Assembly (NCBI GenBank): GCA_965237805.1
Contig: OZ250153.1
Coordinates: 256,001 to 320,000, forward strand
Length of the DNA stretch: 64,000 nucleotides
Direction: 5' to 3'
From: Gammaproteobacteria bacterium
GTDB taxonomy: Bacteria; Pseudomonadota; Gammaproteobacteria; JABABF01
Shown here: positions 20,501-28,828 of the stretch, piece after piece
Position numbering within the stretch: the first letter of the stretch is position 1
Layout: each line of letters opens with the position of its first letter
Notes under the pieces: model-generated
Seen by the model: only the letters and a program-made list of their open reading frames with translations
Told to the model about the DNA's origin: nothing
Databases searched by the model: none
Made by a program: the position numbers and the translations under genes

Positions 20501-21559
20501 GGGGAGGGCTAAAGCACTATAAAGTGGCGTGACCACCGCACTGCCCACACCCACACGCAGCGTCATTGAACTGATGTGGGTGTCAATGCCATCACCACCA
20601 CCATCGGCGATGGCCAGCGCCCATATCGGTGTCGCGCTACTCGACGCGGTGTCGAACTCGATGCTGGGGCCATAGATCTCGCTCGTGATATCGCTGATCG
20701 TCGCCGCATCGTTGATCGTCGCCACCGCAGCCGTCAGCGTTGAGCTCAATCTCGTGAGCGTAGCAGCTGACACATTGTTGGTATAACTGTCAACAGAGGC
20801 AACCAGCAAGTCTGAGCCATCGCCGTCAGGCACCCTGACCGCATGATAGAGCTTGCGTGCGTAGCTGGGCGCAGACTCCAGATTGACTGCACGCAAGCGC
20901 AGCGTCAACAAATCCGGGTGCCTGCAAAACTTGCACTGCAACATGGAAGTAGCATTTTGCGCTGCCAGAACCAATGTGTGCTGCCACAAACTCACCATAT
21001 CCGTCTCACCACTCGGGGTGATTGTGACCAGCGTCGTCGAGTAGAGCACAAAAGGAAAGATATCCTCAATCGATCCCCCACCGCTGAGCGACACGCTGGC
21101 ATCCGTGCTGAAACTGCGCGCCGTCGTGGACGTCAGGAATACTGTGCCCGCAATGATCGCACCGCCTGCGCCCTCCACCACAAAACCAGCTGCCACACCG
21201 TGCCCACCAGTGCCCGGCACCGAATACCACGACAGCGCCATGCCCCAAGTTGTCACAAGATTTTCGTCACTCGCCCCCAATGCAAAGTCACCAGCATCGG
21301 TGGAGACATGTTGCAGACCGATATCAAGCTCAAAAGCACTGTTGTCCAAGACCGAAAAAGTGCTGTCGGTGGCAGTGGTCACCGAATCTTGGGTCGCCGA
21401 TACCCCCAATAGCAACCTATAAGTGGATGCCTCGGCTGTGCCAGACATCAATCCCAAGCACAATGCCAACGCCAATGCCCGTGTCAGAGCCAGTGAAAAA
21501 ACCGCGGCCTGCGGTGCCAATAAATCGTGGCAGCTGCGCCCTAACTGTTGCAATTTCAT
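14561..21559 (-). CDS. Giant secreted/surface protein, copy B (2332 aa); paralog of 2520..8177 with one extra ~460-aa module
   Basis: Same start, RBS and domain order as copy A; C-terminal ~1100 aa nearly identical; extra module at ~17873-19250. Confidence 0.85.
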   Translation of the reverse strand: MKLQQLGRSCHDLLAPQAAVFSLALTRALALALCLGLMSGTAEASTYRLLLGVSATQDSVTTATDSTFSVLDNSAFELDIGLQHVSTDAGDFALGASDENLVTTWGMALSWYSVPGTGGHGVAAGFVVEGAGGAIIAGTVFLTSTTARSFSTDASVSLSGGGSIEDIFPFVLYSTTLVTITPSGETDMVSLWQHTLVLAAQNATSMLQCKFCRHPDLLTLRLRAVNLESAPSYARKLYHAVRVPDGDGSDLLVASVDSYTNNVSAATLTRLSSTLTAAVATINDAATISDITSEIYGPSIEFDTASSSATPIWALAIADGGGDGIDTHISSMTLRVGVGSAVVTPLYSALALPENSQHAVPSLDFNLHRIDAGGTAVGAALATLTADSLSVRRPTQSLVVTLVSPLVIADGGSERLGLFAFPDSLDGLQSRADIVDGSQLMLELRPSEIVQPAGVISSRFSTATNTVGSVTMAVVGTVLRLNSMPTVPSSATIDVTGDGIGTPYAATYRYRDGGVTVAQNILRLTVVSRDSKGQLDLDSDLSSSALNAGFNTGFSGCSGGGGQTRCAVSLQAGTFGYVREISYYSLQDHGTVVASIPSPHVVFENTVNLTLSMDVTGGRLETHDAVSASFGGGAVEPAMLLHDRSYMFEGSYLSFAELQTGPATILPVYDLDDVSATIELAVSGVLGCELDSSCSAPVAGAVTLTAPANTVQIDGIDVPLIEFSLAITLPTLPMGLLDTPLTLAIMSTATGGIALTVPTPTSFTVLGVVPTTVSLIDIGQATLSNVLGSTEQRVMALSFAEGAGDSMGVAISSVLLSLLAEDSGIAPIVAGIDSALTRGVVPALTLNLYAADAAGNATGAVLAATVTALARVSSGEQMIRLTLGTPLSIAEGGTAQLLLTAAVANHSALLSSDAVDAGQLRLRVSPATAGVFGSGAFSGGTLENRLSMEVIGTTVAIDSVSVGSAPSVTGSTAAGFAVQTDFRAGSGAASTANVVVLNLRSRDASGQLDLNADLSAQALVVSGDTDVEHQEEILSSGHVRNLYFSPIDGRQRVFTTAENQVTVTMNVSADSLETLAAVTARNSSTGIAVAGSSLIHDASYSFSGTYHAFLNVDLSGTSPAFNDSTAKVYDRDPSGLSLTVTPQLSCTSDGGGCTPLSPLSATTTAMVTVAAAAERGVISFTAPSSGGFAFAQLPSGLLSSTLSLTIALQSGSAYSSIPAPSEFTLSADLVPPTICDGDLDSVANACLSVDSAELRAYSATLLFSELASDRAQLSEAATPINTAASYWLAFHTGTTCAIASITAMSSQLSLSATGGSGQLNALSQGTAYCVFLAVRDAGGSTVYSAPVMLNTAAFSLTDADNDGLSDDLEYDFMPVGGLTVCPDAACDTDGDGLSDSLEAYLNSDLSNTTGASAATDADSDGLPDVVELYYGRRDELSSAATVLPRQNARGVLTDFASFTNSSGTASLSLPLDSVVHISAGVYQGGVLPAADSHNYVSGTHWLSSGSAASDAVIRRLELRPVLSVGGDLSVIAGGSGSMRLQLLGAQPDGDGAVALSLSSSGLALMASSLSLSGAVEQAVGYTVSTSTLTVMATVQLDNASLDLVSLCSFSASCSSSTTYSIVYQPALRAVAAYAPVIQLRQSGSSALLQSIADPAAGVEFSVSGSVVNSTRTWTLSVLGSSTPATPSVALAGTYSVAGSVFGSNAAVYRIGAESTGESLQRVFSVGQLDSDGDLIPDTLEVPGLVLVNSALPYGDSAGTANAHFMLVAPGIILRLGDIAAQRPVANSPRVPLSEFAALGIAPLPVSVVDNLVLDVSFSCGDSAACFSAGDLLDFVFSVDGAISTDKLYHYSSTCPSAATASWCEVDTSQRTITIDSGPGMSSATVIVANTVTFSPYLSVAGTSGRACPAPGDAAYLPLLSLVAGALSNGGCVHVSATSDSLSPLALQATSGSEVVVFHGGGGTVGLPWLALLALMMLLSLGRSGQWHRRGVAMAGAALLSLCLSLPATAAALDFGISGAVGQSFLKPSLQSSTFRLDDQEDFAYRVGVDYALPFKLPLFVITLEDLWLEGFWADLGESRVCNATACGGVEQTAAGAGVNWFPYGRDRRWSPYASLGWRSGDAKSRQWRVAVKNDDGLYWGLGMELDLAGNPARGLALKIFYEDYDLGTAFAGAGLSYRFNGAAEDAAPSRRPQASARRREELPRRPERTRPEPTSQRPSYISALSSPCTRPGASVCACLDTVRGHQGWYVQVAAYANVLAAERTAQKLLAQGFGAVRVGIGAVDRDNGSVLYAVRLALDSPAACGRAAVIKRDVDELLNVESVVRAWFDYPW

Positions 21560-21751
21560 GGGATGTCTCCAGTGGGTTTTGATGTGTATTGGCTTTGAAT
21601 ATCAACGATGCAACTAGCGCATATGTTCGCACTGCAACACATTGGATTGCTGACAGCCATATGAAATCATAACATCCCAGCCGCTGGCTGTCCATCTCGG
21701 CTTGCCGCGACACCATGATCGCCAGCGCCAGACAGCTGCTCGATTAAGCGC

Positions 21752-21782
21752 CTGATGCCCCCCGCAGACAGAGGGGCATCAG
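21752..21782 (-). terminator. GC-rich hairpin, possible terminator
   Basis: CTGATGCCCC...GGGGCATCAG perfect 10-bp stem just past the stop at 21787; weak U-tract. Confidence 0.4.
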
Positions 21783-21786
21783 CGCA

Positions 21787-22700
21787 TCAATAGATCGCTT
21801 CCAAATACGGGGTGTAGCTGCTACGCGTGGATAGCTGTACCACTGCGGCCACAAAGCGTTCCGCCACCACATCGATTTCCGGGCCAACGATGCTCGCCGC
21901 CTCAAGGGACAGGGCAGCTACCGACACCATCAGGGTTGAAGCTGCTGTGGTCGCTCTGCGGCCAGTAGCGCAGCGACAGTGTGGCGATGTGATTGGCACT
22001 CGAAGTGCTGGACAGCAGCGGTGCCACCACGCGCCCGAGATCAGTATTGATCGTCAGCAGATCCCCCAGATCGCTGAAGTCGACATCGCTGTCCACAACG
22101 CCCGCGTCATTCTCGCCCTGCAGCGTATCAGTCAATGCTGCGCCGCCGTCCGCGCTGCGTGCCACCACCGTGGTCGAGGAGAAGTTTGCCCGCAAGGCTA
22201 GGCGCGTGGCCACCACATCCACACTGAGCTCCAGACTGCCAGAGCGCGAGCCGTCCATCACTGTCAGCAGCACTGACTCACCGTCGCTGAGCCCGCTCAG
22301 GCTCAGCGTGATCGTGTTTGCTGTCCGTGCGGCGAGCTCGTTGAGCGTCCCCACCGAGGACAGCACGGTCGCCGAGGCAGGCAGGACATAGTTGCTATCC
22401 AGCTCGCCAATATTGGTCTCGCCCGGCACCGTCAACACGAAGCTCTCGCCCGCCACCACCGTGCTCTTCAGCGAAAAGCTGCTGTTCTCGGCCACTTGGT
22501 AGCTGGCAGTGGTGCCGCTGGGCAGGCATTGGAAGTCTGGCCAATGAGCCCTCCGCTCCCTCGAAGGACAGCGTATCCGCATAGGGCAGCACCACGCCTT
22601 GATAGGCCGCGGTCGTCGTGGCATCGGCGATGGGCGATGCCGCCAGTGCGACGGCTGTGGCCAACGCTGTCAACAAGCCACCGAAAAGCGAGCCCCGCAC
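21787..22700 (-). pseudogene. Frameshifted secreted protein, paralog of the 8368..9627 protein
   Basis: Three overlapping ORF pieces (22395..22700 with signal peptide; 21902..22624; 21787..21999) join by shifts near 22530 and 21965. LDSNYVLPASATVLSSVGTL...LSLSGLSDGESVLLTVMDGSRSGSLEL matches VDSGYVLPNTVTVSISMGTL...LQLEGLSDGSTIVLTVSDGTLSGTVEL. Start uncertain. Confidence 0.65.
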
Positions 22701-23081
22701 AGGTCATTGCAAGGGCGCACCCGATGTGGCGAGCGCAGACTGCCCGGAGCGACATCGCCATCGTCCAGGGTTCCGGATTGTCACCGGGGCTGATCAATTT
22801 GCTGCGTTTATGTGATGGCGGGTGTCGCTACAAAACATCGTGTGGATGATCGCCATCGCCAGGATCGCTCCGCGACAACTAGGATGGTCAATGTTGCACC
22901 AAGTCCGAACCCGGCAAAAAGCCGAGTAAAAACCCAAATGAATGTCAGCATGATCAACGGCCAACTGCCACTATTTGGGAAAAATCCACACGCAAGGCAA
23001 CCGGTCTAGCGCCACTCCAGCTCGAGTGGCTAAATTGGCGCGAAAACACGCTGCTGGGATGCTCCCGCCCAGCCGCAAGGC

Positions 23082-23600
23082 TCAACCGACCCGTTGGCGC
23101 TCGCGAATTTCGGCCTCAGATTTGCAGTCGATGCAGAGAGTGGCCGTGAGGCGAGCCTCCAGCCGCTCCAAGCCGATCTCCTCACCGCAATCGGTGCAAT
23201 AGCCGTATGCACCGCGCTCCAACAACTCTAATGACAACTCGATTTTGCGGTTCAATTTGCGCTCGCGGTCGCGCGCACGCAACTCGACGCTCAGCTCTTC
23301 CTCGCGAGTCGCTCGATCGGCATCGTCGGGACAGTTGCGGGTCTCGTGCTGAATGCGACGCATGGTGGTCGCGGCTTGGTCATCCAAACGATCACTCCAT
23401 GCCAACAGGGCATTGCGGAAATAGCGGCGCTGTGGTGCGCCCATATATCTGCCCGCAGGCGGAGTGCGGGCAATGGACGGCTGCCGCACCGCCTTGACCT
23501 TGGCGGCTTTGACGCTGGTAGTGCTGGCGACGCGCGCATTGCCGGATGCTTTTGTTGTACCCGTCACCTTCGCTGTTACCTTGGCCGCTATCTTCGACAT
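23082..23600 (-). CDS. dksA: RNA polymerase-binding transcription factor DksA
   Basis: DDADRATREEE..ELRARDRERKL, YGYCTDCGEEIGLERLEARLTATLCIDCK. Start MSKIAAK assumed. Confidence 0.92.
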   Translation of the reverse strand: MSKIAAKVTAKVTGTTKASGNARVASTTSVKAAKVKAVRQPSIARTPPAGRYMGAPQRRYFRNALLAWSDRLDDQAATTMRRIQHETRNCPDDADRATREEELSVELRARDRERKLNRKIELSLELLERGAYGYCTDCGEEIGLERLEARLTATLCIDCKSEAEIRERQRVG

Positions 23601-23647
23601 TTGCCACCACGCACCGAGGCGCGCCGCCGTTTTGCTGAGGAGGGGAA

Positions 23648-24004
23648 TTATCGCCATATCGCCGTGCAAGTCAATGCGCCGCCGCTGGCGGCGTGGTCCA
23701 CAGTAGCTCGTCGCGCCGAGTGCAGAGCCACGACTGGAGTCCCCAGCGCAGGGGCCGAAGACGCAGTGGCCGTCGTCGATGCGAAAGCGAGCCCATCGTG
23801 CCCCTTGCACTGCAGGAAAGCGCCAGCAGCATCGAGCAAGCCGTCTGGCACCCAGTTCAGCGGGCCGCCGGTATGGCGGCAACGATTCAGATCGAGATGA
23901 AGCGCCCCGTCACCGCGCACAGCGAGCAACCGCTCAGCAGCCAAGCCGCGCGCCGAGCGCAAGGGCAGCGCATCGAGACGACACAGGGCAAACTCGACGG
24001 GCAT
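23648..24004 (-). pseudogene. Rieske (2Fe-2S) ferredoxin, frameshifted
   Basis: NRCRHTGGPLNW...FLQCKGH continues as GARFRIDDGHCVFGPCAG only if the 2-bp AT at 23795-23796 is removed. Confidence 0.7.
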
Positions 24005-24013
24005 GGCACCGGA

Positions 24014-26002
24014 TCAGAGCAACGGCGCAATGACTAGGCTGACGATGGCCATCACATTGATCAGGATATTCATTGAGGGGCCGCAGGTGTCCTTGAAGGG
24101 ATCGCCCACCGTATCGCCGACGACGGCGGCTGTGTGGGCATCGGAACCCTTACCGCCGAGATTGCCTTTCTCGATGAACTTCTTGGCATTATCCCAAGCG
24201 CCACCAGCGTTGGCCATCATCAGCGCCAACAGCACACAGGTCAACAATGCGCCGCCCAGCATACCGCCCAGCGCCTCGGCGCCGAGGCCGAAGCCGACCA
24301 GCGGCGGCGCGATGATGGCAATGGCGCCGGGAAGCAACATGCGCTGCAGAGCCGCCGTGGTGGCGATGTCCACGCAGCGATCGGTGTCCGGCTCGGCCTC
24401 GCCCTCAAGCAGGCCTTTGATCTCCCTGAACTGGCGGCGGATCTCGTGGATCATCTCAAAGGCAGCGTCGCCGACTGCCGTCAGCGTGATCGATGTAATC
24501 AAGCAGGGAATGGCGCCGCCGATGAACAGGCCGAGCAAGACCAAGGGATCGGATAGCGACAGCACGAAGTGCTGATAAGGCACTGTCTCGGCGAAAGCGG
24601 CGATGATCGCCAGCGCTGCCAGCGCCGCCGCACCGATGGCAAAGCCTTTGCCGATGGCGGCAGTGGTGTTGCCGAGTTCGTCCAAAGAATCAGTAATCTC
24701 GCGGACATCTTCACCCATAGCAGCCATTTCGGCGATGCCGCCAGCATTGTCGGCCACCGGACCATAGGCGTCGATGGCCATCGTGATACCGACCGTGGAC
24801 AGCATGCCGACGGCGGCGATACCAACACCGTAGAGGTCGGCCTGACGGGTGGCGACATAAATGATGACGCAGATCATCAACACTGGCAGCACCACCGATT
24901 GCATGCCCACGGCCAAGCCGGAAATCATCACCGTCGCCGGCCCGGTTTCGCCCGCTTGGGCGATTTTTTGCACCGGCGCGCCACCGGTGTAGTACTCCGT
25001 CACCAAGCCGATCACCATGCCACCCAATGAGCCCACCAAGACCGCCACCCACAGATCGGCGAAGAGCCCCAGCGTCCATAGCAAAACCCCAGCGACGACA
25101 ATGAAGAGTATGGGGGCGCCGAGGGTGCCGATACGCATCGCCTTGGCAGGCTGGGTGTGGGCCCATCGACGCACCAAGGCAATGCCGACTAGCGAACACA
25201 GCAAGCCCCCCGCAGCCAACAGCAGCGGCACCAACATCAGCGCTGCCTGTCGCTCATCGCCGTACAGGGTCGAGGCAATGGCCAGCGTGGCGATCATCGC
25301 ACCGCAGTAGGATTCGAAAATGTCCGAACCCATGCCCGCCACATCGCCGACATTGTCGCCAACATTGTCGGCGATGACACCGGGGTTGCGCGGATCATCT
25401 TCGGGGATGCCAGCCTCAATTTTGCCCACCAAATCGGCAGCAATATCGGCGCTCTTGGTGAAAATACCGCCGCCGACACGCGCAAATAACGCCACGGTGG
25501 AAGCCCCCATACCAAAGCCGTGAATGGCGTGGGCAGTGGCCGGATCACCACCGAACAGCAGATAGAGGATGCCGAGGCCGATCAGCCCCAAAGAGGCCAC
25601 GCACAAGCCCATGACGGAACCGCCGAAAAAAGCCACGGACAGTGCCTCCGGGGCACCGTGCTCGCGGGCGGCAACGGCGGTTCGCACATTGGCGCGGGTG
25701 GCCGCCATCATACCGAGCCAGCCAGCAGCGGCCGAGCACAGCGCACCGACCACAAAAGCCAGAGCCGTGCCAAAGCCCAGTGGCGAGATCAATATCAAGA
25801 ACAGCAGGACAGCTGAGAAAATCGCCAGCAGCTTGTATTCACGCCGCATAAAAACCATCGCGCCGCTGTGGATGCGCTCGCCGATTTTGCGCTCCAAATC
25901 TTGGCCTTCAGGATAGCGGAGAATGAGCTGATACAGCCACCAAGCACAGCCCAAACCAACCAGACCCAGCAACAATGGAATATAACTCAGGGGGTGCAAC
26001 AT
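24014..26002 (-). CDS. hppA: Membrane-bound ion-translocating pyrophosphatase (K+-dependent type, probably Na+-pumping)
   Basis: [46 protein letters not shown] (Ala at the K+-dependence position), [11 protein letters not shown]. Confidence 0.95.
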   Translation of the reverse strand: MLHPLSYIPLLLGLVGLGCAWWLYQLILRYPEGQDLERKIGERIHSGAMVFMRREYKLLAIFSAVLLFLILISPLGFGTALAFVVGALCSAAAGWLGMMAATRANVRTAVAAREHGAPEALSVAFFGGSVMGLCVASLGLIGLGILYLLFGGDPATAHAIHGFGMGASTVALFARVGGGIFTKSADIAADLVGKIEAGIPEDDPRNPGVIADNVGDNVGDVAGMGSDIFESYCGAMIATLAIASTLYGDERQAALMLVPLLLAAGGLLCSLVGIALVRRWAHTQPAKAMRIGTLGAPILFIVVAGVLLWTLGLFADLWVAVLVGSLGGMVIGLVTEYYTGGAPVQKIAQAGETGPATVMISGLAVGMQSVVLPVLMICVIIYVATRQADLYGVGIAAVGMLSTVGITMAIDAYGPVADNAGGIAEMAAMGEDVREITDSLDELGNTTAAIGKGFAIGAAALAALAIIAAFAETVPYQHFVLSLSDPLVLLGLFIGGAIPCLITSITLTAVGDAAFEMIHEIRRQFREIKGLLEGEAEPDTDRCVDIATTAALQRMLLPGAIAIIAPPLVGFGLGAEALGGMLGGALLTCVLLALMMANAGGAWDNAKKFIEKGNLGGKGSDAHTAAVVGDTVGDPFKDTCGPSMNILINVMAIVSLVIAPLL

Positions 26003-26102
26003 CGCAATTTTCTCCTGCTTTTTTCTGTCAAGAACGCATTATTTTAGCCCGCTGCAGATGTTGCAGTCAAAAGTACTCGCAGCAACGGCGGCGACTGTCG
26101 CT

Positions 26103-27359
26103 CTAAGCGACCCACGGCGGCAGTTTGCGGCGCACGCGGCGCAGCCGCAGCTCAGCGTGCAACGGCAGACCGTGACGGAACGGGGACAAGGCCTCACCTT
26201 GGATCAGCGGTGCCAAGTAGCTGCGCGCACGGGCAGTGATGCCGAAACCGTCGTTGCGTATGTAGGAACGCGGCAGCTGGCGCTCGGTATTGGCCACCGA
26301 GGACAGCGGCACCGCAGCCACCTCCCAGCGGTAGACTCGCCCCGGCAGGCGGCGGATAACCGGCATCGCCAAGTGCTGTCCGGCAAGGGCGAAGTTCACT
26401 GCCGCACGGCCCATCTCGGCGGCCTGCTCCAAATCCACTGCCGAGGCCAAGTGGCGCGCCGAGCGCTGCAGGTAGTCGGCCACTGCAAAGTGGCATTTGA
26501 AGCCCAGCTGCGAGTTGACCAGCTGCGCCAAGCGCGGCGCGACCCCGCCCAACTGGCTGTGGCCAAAGGCGTCACGTGTGCGGGCGGCGCTGAACAGACT
26601 GCCGTCAGCGTTGCGCAGGCCCTCTGAGGCGACGATCACGCAGTGGCCGCGACGCGCCACCGAATCGCCAACTGCGGCGAGGAAGCGCTCCGGCGCAAAT
26701 GGTCGCTCAGGGAATAGGATCAGCTGCGGCGCGTCGCCGCGTCGCTTGGCGGCGAGGCCGCCAGCCGCCGCAATCCAGCCGCTGTGACGACCCATCACCT
26801 CAAGTAAGAAGACCTGAGTCGATGTGGCGCACATCGAGGCCACATCCAGCGCCGCCTCGCGCACCGACACAGCAACATATTTGGCCACCGAGCCAAAGCC
26901 GGGACAGCTATCGGTGCCCGGCAAGTCGTTGTCGATGGTCTTGGGGATGCCGATGCAACACAGTGGATAGCCGATGCGGTCGAAATGACAGGCAACTTTC
27001 TCAGTGGTGTCCTGAGAGTCGCCGCCACCGTTGTAGAAAAAATAACCGATGTTGTGGGCTGCGAATACCTCCGCCAAGCGCTCGTAGACTGCTGCGCCGG
27101 ACACGGGCGCAGGCAGCTGGTAACGGCAGGAGCCAAAAGCTCCCCCCGGTGTGTGGTGCAGCGCCGCGATGGCACTGCGGCTCTCTGCACTGGTGTCGAA
27201 TAGCTCTTCGCGCAGGGCACCGAGAATGCCATTGTGGCCAGCGTAGACCCGGCCGATGCGCCGCGTCTTGCGGGCGGCTTCGATCAAGGCAGCGGCAGTG
27301 GCATTGATGACCGCCGTGACGCCGCCGGACTGGGCGTAGAAAGCATTGCGGGCAGACAC
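26103..27359 (-). CDS. pfp: Phosphofructokinase, probably PPi-dependent
   Basis: NAFYAQSGGVTAVINAT, NGGGDS, PKTIDND, EVMGRHSGW. GTG start assumed. Confidence 0.85.
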   Translation of the reverse strand: MSARNAFYAQSGGVTAVINATAAALIEAARKTRRIGRVYAGHNGILGALREELFDTSAESRSAIAALHHTPGGAFGSCRYQLPAPVSGAAVYERLAEVFAAHNIGYFFYNGGGDSQDTTEKVACHFDRIGYPLCCIGIPKTIDNDLPGTDSCPGFGSVAKYVAVSVREAALDVASMCATSTQVFLLEVMGRHSGWIAAAGGLAAKRRGDAPQLILFPERPFAPERFLAAVGDSVARRGHCVIVASEGLRNADGSLFSAARTRDAFGHSQLGGVAPRLAQLVNSQLGFKCHFAVADYLQRSARHLASAVDLEQAAEMGRAAVNFALAGQHLAMPVIRRLPGRVYRWEVAAVPLSSVANTERQLPRSYIRNDGFGITARARSYLAPLIQGEALSPFRHGLPLHAELRLRRVRRKLPPWVA

Positions 27360-27433
27360 GATGGCGAGTGCTCTTTGACGGCGCAAGCGGTGTGCATTAT
27401 AAAGGGCGGCCATAGACCACTTGGCAAGTTGCC

Positions 27434-28819
27434 ATGCGGATCCACATCTTGGGCGTCTGCGGCACTTTTATGGCTGGCATCGCCCTGCTCGCCCGTGAGG
27501 CCCAACACGAGGTCAGCGGCTCGGACCTACACTTCCACCCACCGATGGGCGAGCTGTTGCGCGAGGCCGATGTGAGATTGCATGAGGGCTACGACACCGC
27601 CGCGCTGCGCCCGGCACCCGATTTGGTGCTGATCGGCAATGCCCTCTCGCGCGGCAATCCGGCGGTGGAATACACCTTGGCTCAAGGCATCGCCTACTGT
27701 TCCGGGGCAGAATACTTGGCGCGCGAGCACTTGGCCGGACGCTGGGTCATCGCCATCGCCGGCACGCACGGCAAGACCAGCACCGCTGCCATGCTGAGCC
27801 AAATGCTGGATCGCGCAGGGCTGTCTCCGGGTTTTTTGATCGGCGGCCTGCCACTGGGCTTCGGGGTCTCGGCACGGCACGGCCAAGGGCCGTTCTTCGT
27901 CGTCGAGGCCGACGAATACGACACCGCTTTCTTCGACAAGCGTCCCAAATTTATCCACTACCGACCGCTGAGCCTGATCCTCAATAACCTCGAGCACGAT
28001 CATGCCGACATCTACCCAGATCTAGACGCAATCGAGTTGCAATTCCACTACTTGGTGCGCACCGTGCCACCCACTGGACGCATCTTCACACCGAGCGGCG
28101 ACAGCGCCTTGGAACGTGTCATGGCACGCGGTTGTTGGAGTGAGCACGAGCACTTTGCGCCACCCGGCCATCGCGATGCCGAGGCCCGGTGGCGAGCCGA
28201 TGGCTTGGTGCCAGACTATTCGCGCTTTTTGTTGACGCCACCAAAGGCACTGGGCTCAGCGGTGGATATCAGCTGGCCGCTGTGCGGCCAATACAATGTG
28301 CACAATGCGCTGGCGGCCGCAACCGCGGCGGCGGCAGCCGGAGTGGCGCTGGACGATATCGTCGCCACCCTCGGCAGCTGGCCCGGGGTGCGTCGCAGAA
28401 TGGAGTGTATCGGCGATGTGCGCGGTGTTTTGATCTACGACGATTTCGCCCACCATCCGACGGCAATGCGCAGTGCCACCGAGGCACTCAGCAGCCGCTT
28501 GGCTGGCAAGGGTCGCTTGCTGGCCGCCATCGACCCCGTCTCGGCTTCGATGCGCCGAGGCGTACACCGCGAGCAATTGGCCGAGGCACTGGCCGCCGCC
28601 GATCATGTCTGGTGGCACCAAGCGGCGACGCTGGAATGGGAGCTGGCCGCATCGATAGATAGCACAAAGACGAGCGTGTGCCGCAATATCGACGAGATTG
28701 TCGACGGCATTTGTGCCGTGGCACAACCGGGGGACAGTGTGCTGATGATGAGTTGCGGGACTTTCGGGGCGCTGGGATCGCGCCTGTTGCACGCCTTGGG
28801 CAAAGTTTCCGGGCACTGA
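27434..28819 (+). CDS. mpl: Murein peptide ligase Mpl
   Basis: MRIHILGVCGTFMAGIA, AGTHGKTST, EADEYDTAFFDKRPKFIHYRP, DDFAHHPTA. Confidence 0.93.
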   Translation: MRIHILGVCGTFMAGIALLAREAQHEVSGSDLHFHPPMGELLREADVRLHEGYDTAALRPAPDLVLIGNALSRGNPAVEYTLAQGIAYCSGAEYLAREHLAGRWVIAIAGTHGKTSTAAMLSQMLDRAGLSPGFLIGGLPLGFGVSARHGQGPFFVVEADEYDTAFFDKRPKFIHYRPLSLILNNLEHDHADIYPDLDAIELQFHYLVRTVPPTGRIFTPSGDSALERVMARGCWSEHEHFAPPGHRDAEARWRADGLVPDYSRFLLTPPKALGSAVDISWPLCGQYNVHNALAAATAAAAAGVALDDIVATLGSWPGVRRRMECIGDVRGVLIYDDFAHHPTAMRSATEALSSRLAGKGRLLAAIDPVSASMRRGVHREQLAEALAAADHVWWHQAATLEWELAASIDSTKTSVCRNIDEIVDGICAVAQPGDSVLMMSCGTFGALGSRLLHALGKVSGH

Positions 28820-28828
28820 ACGGAACCG

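Noticed and set aside
5850-21559. Diversity-generating retroelement explanation for A/B variation
   Set aside because: Differences involve all four bases plus indels and are spread over ~2.3 kb; no adenine-specific TR/VR pair or reverse transcriptase in the window.
23601-23882. Long N-terminal extension of DksA (266-aa ORF)
   Set aside because: It contains the out-of-frame tail of the Rieske pseudogene, not DksA sequence.
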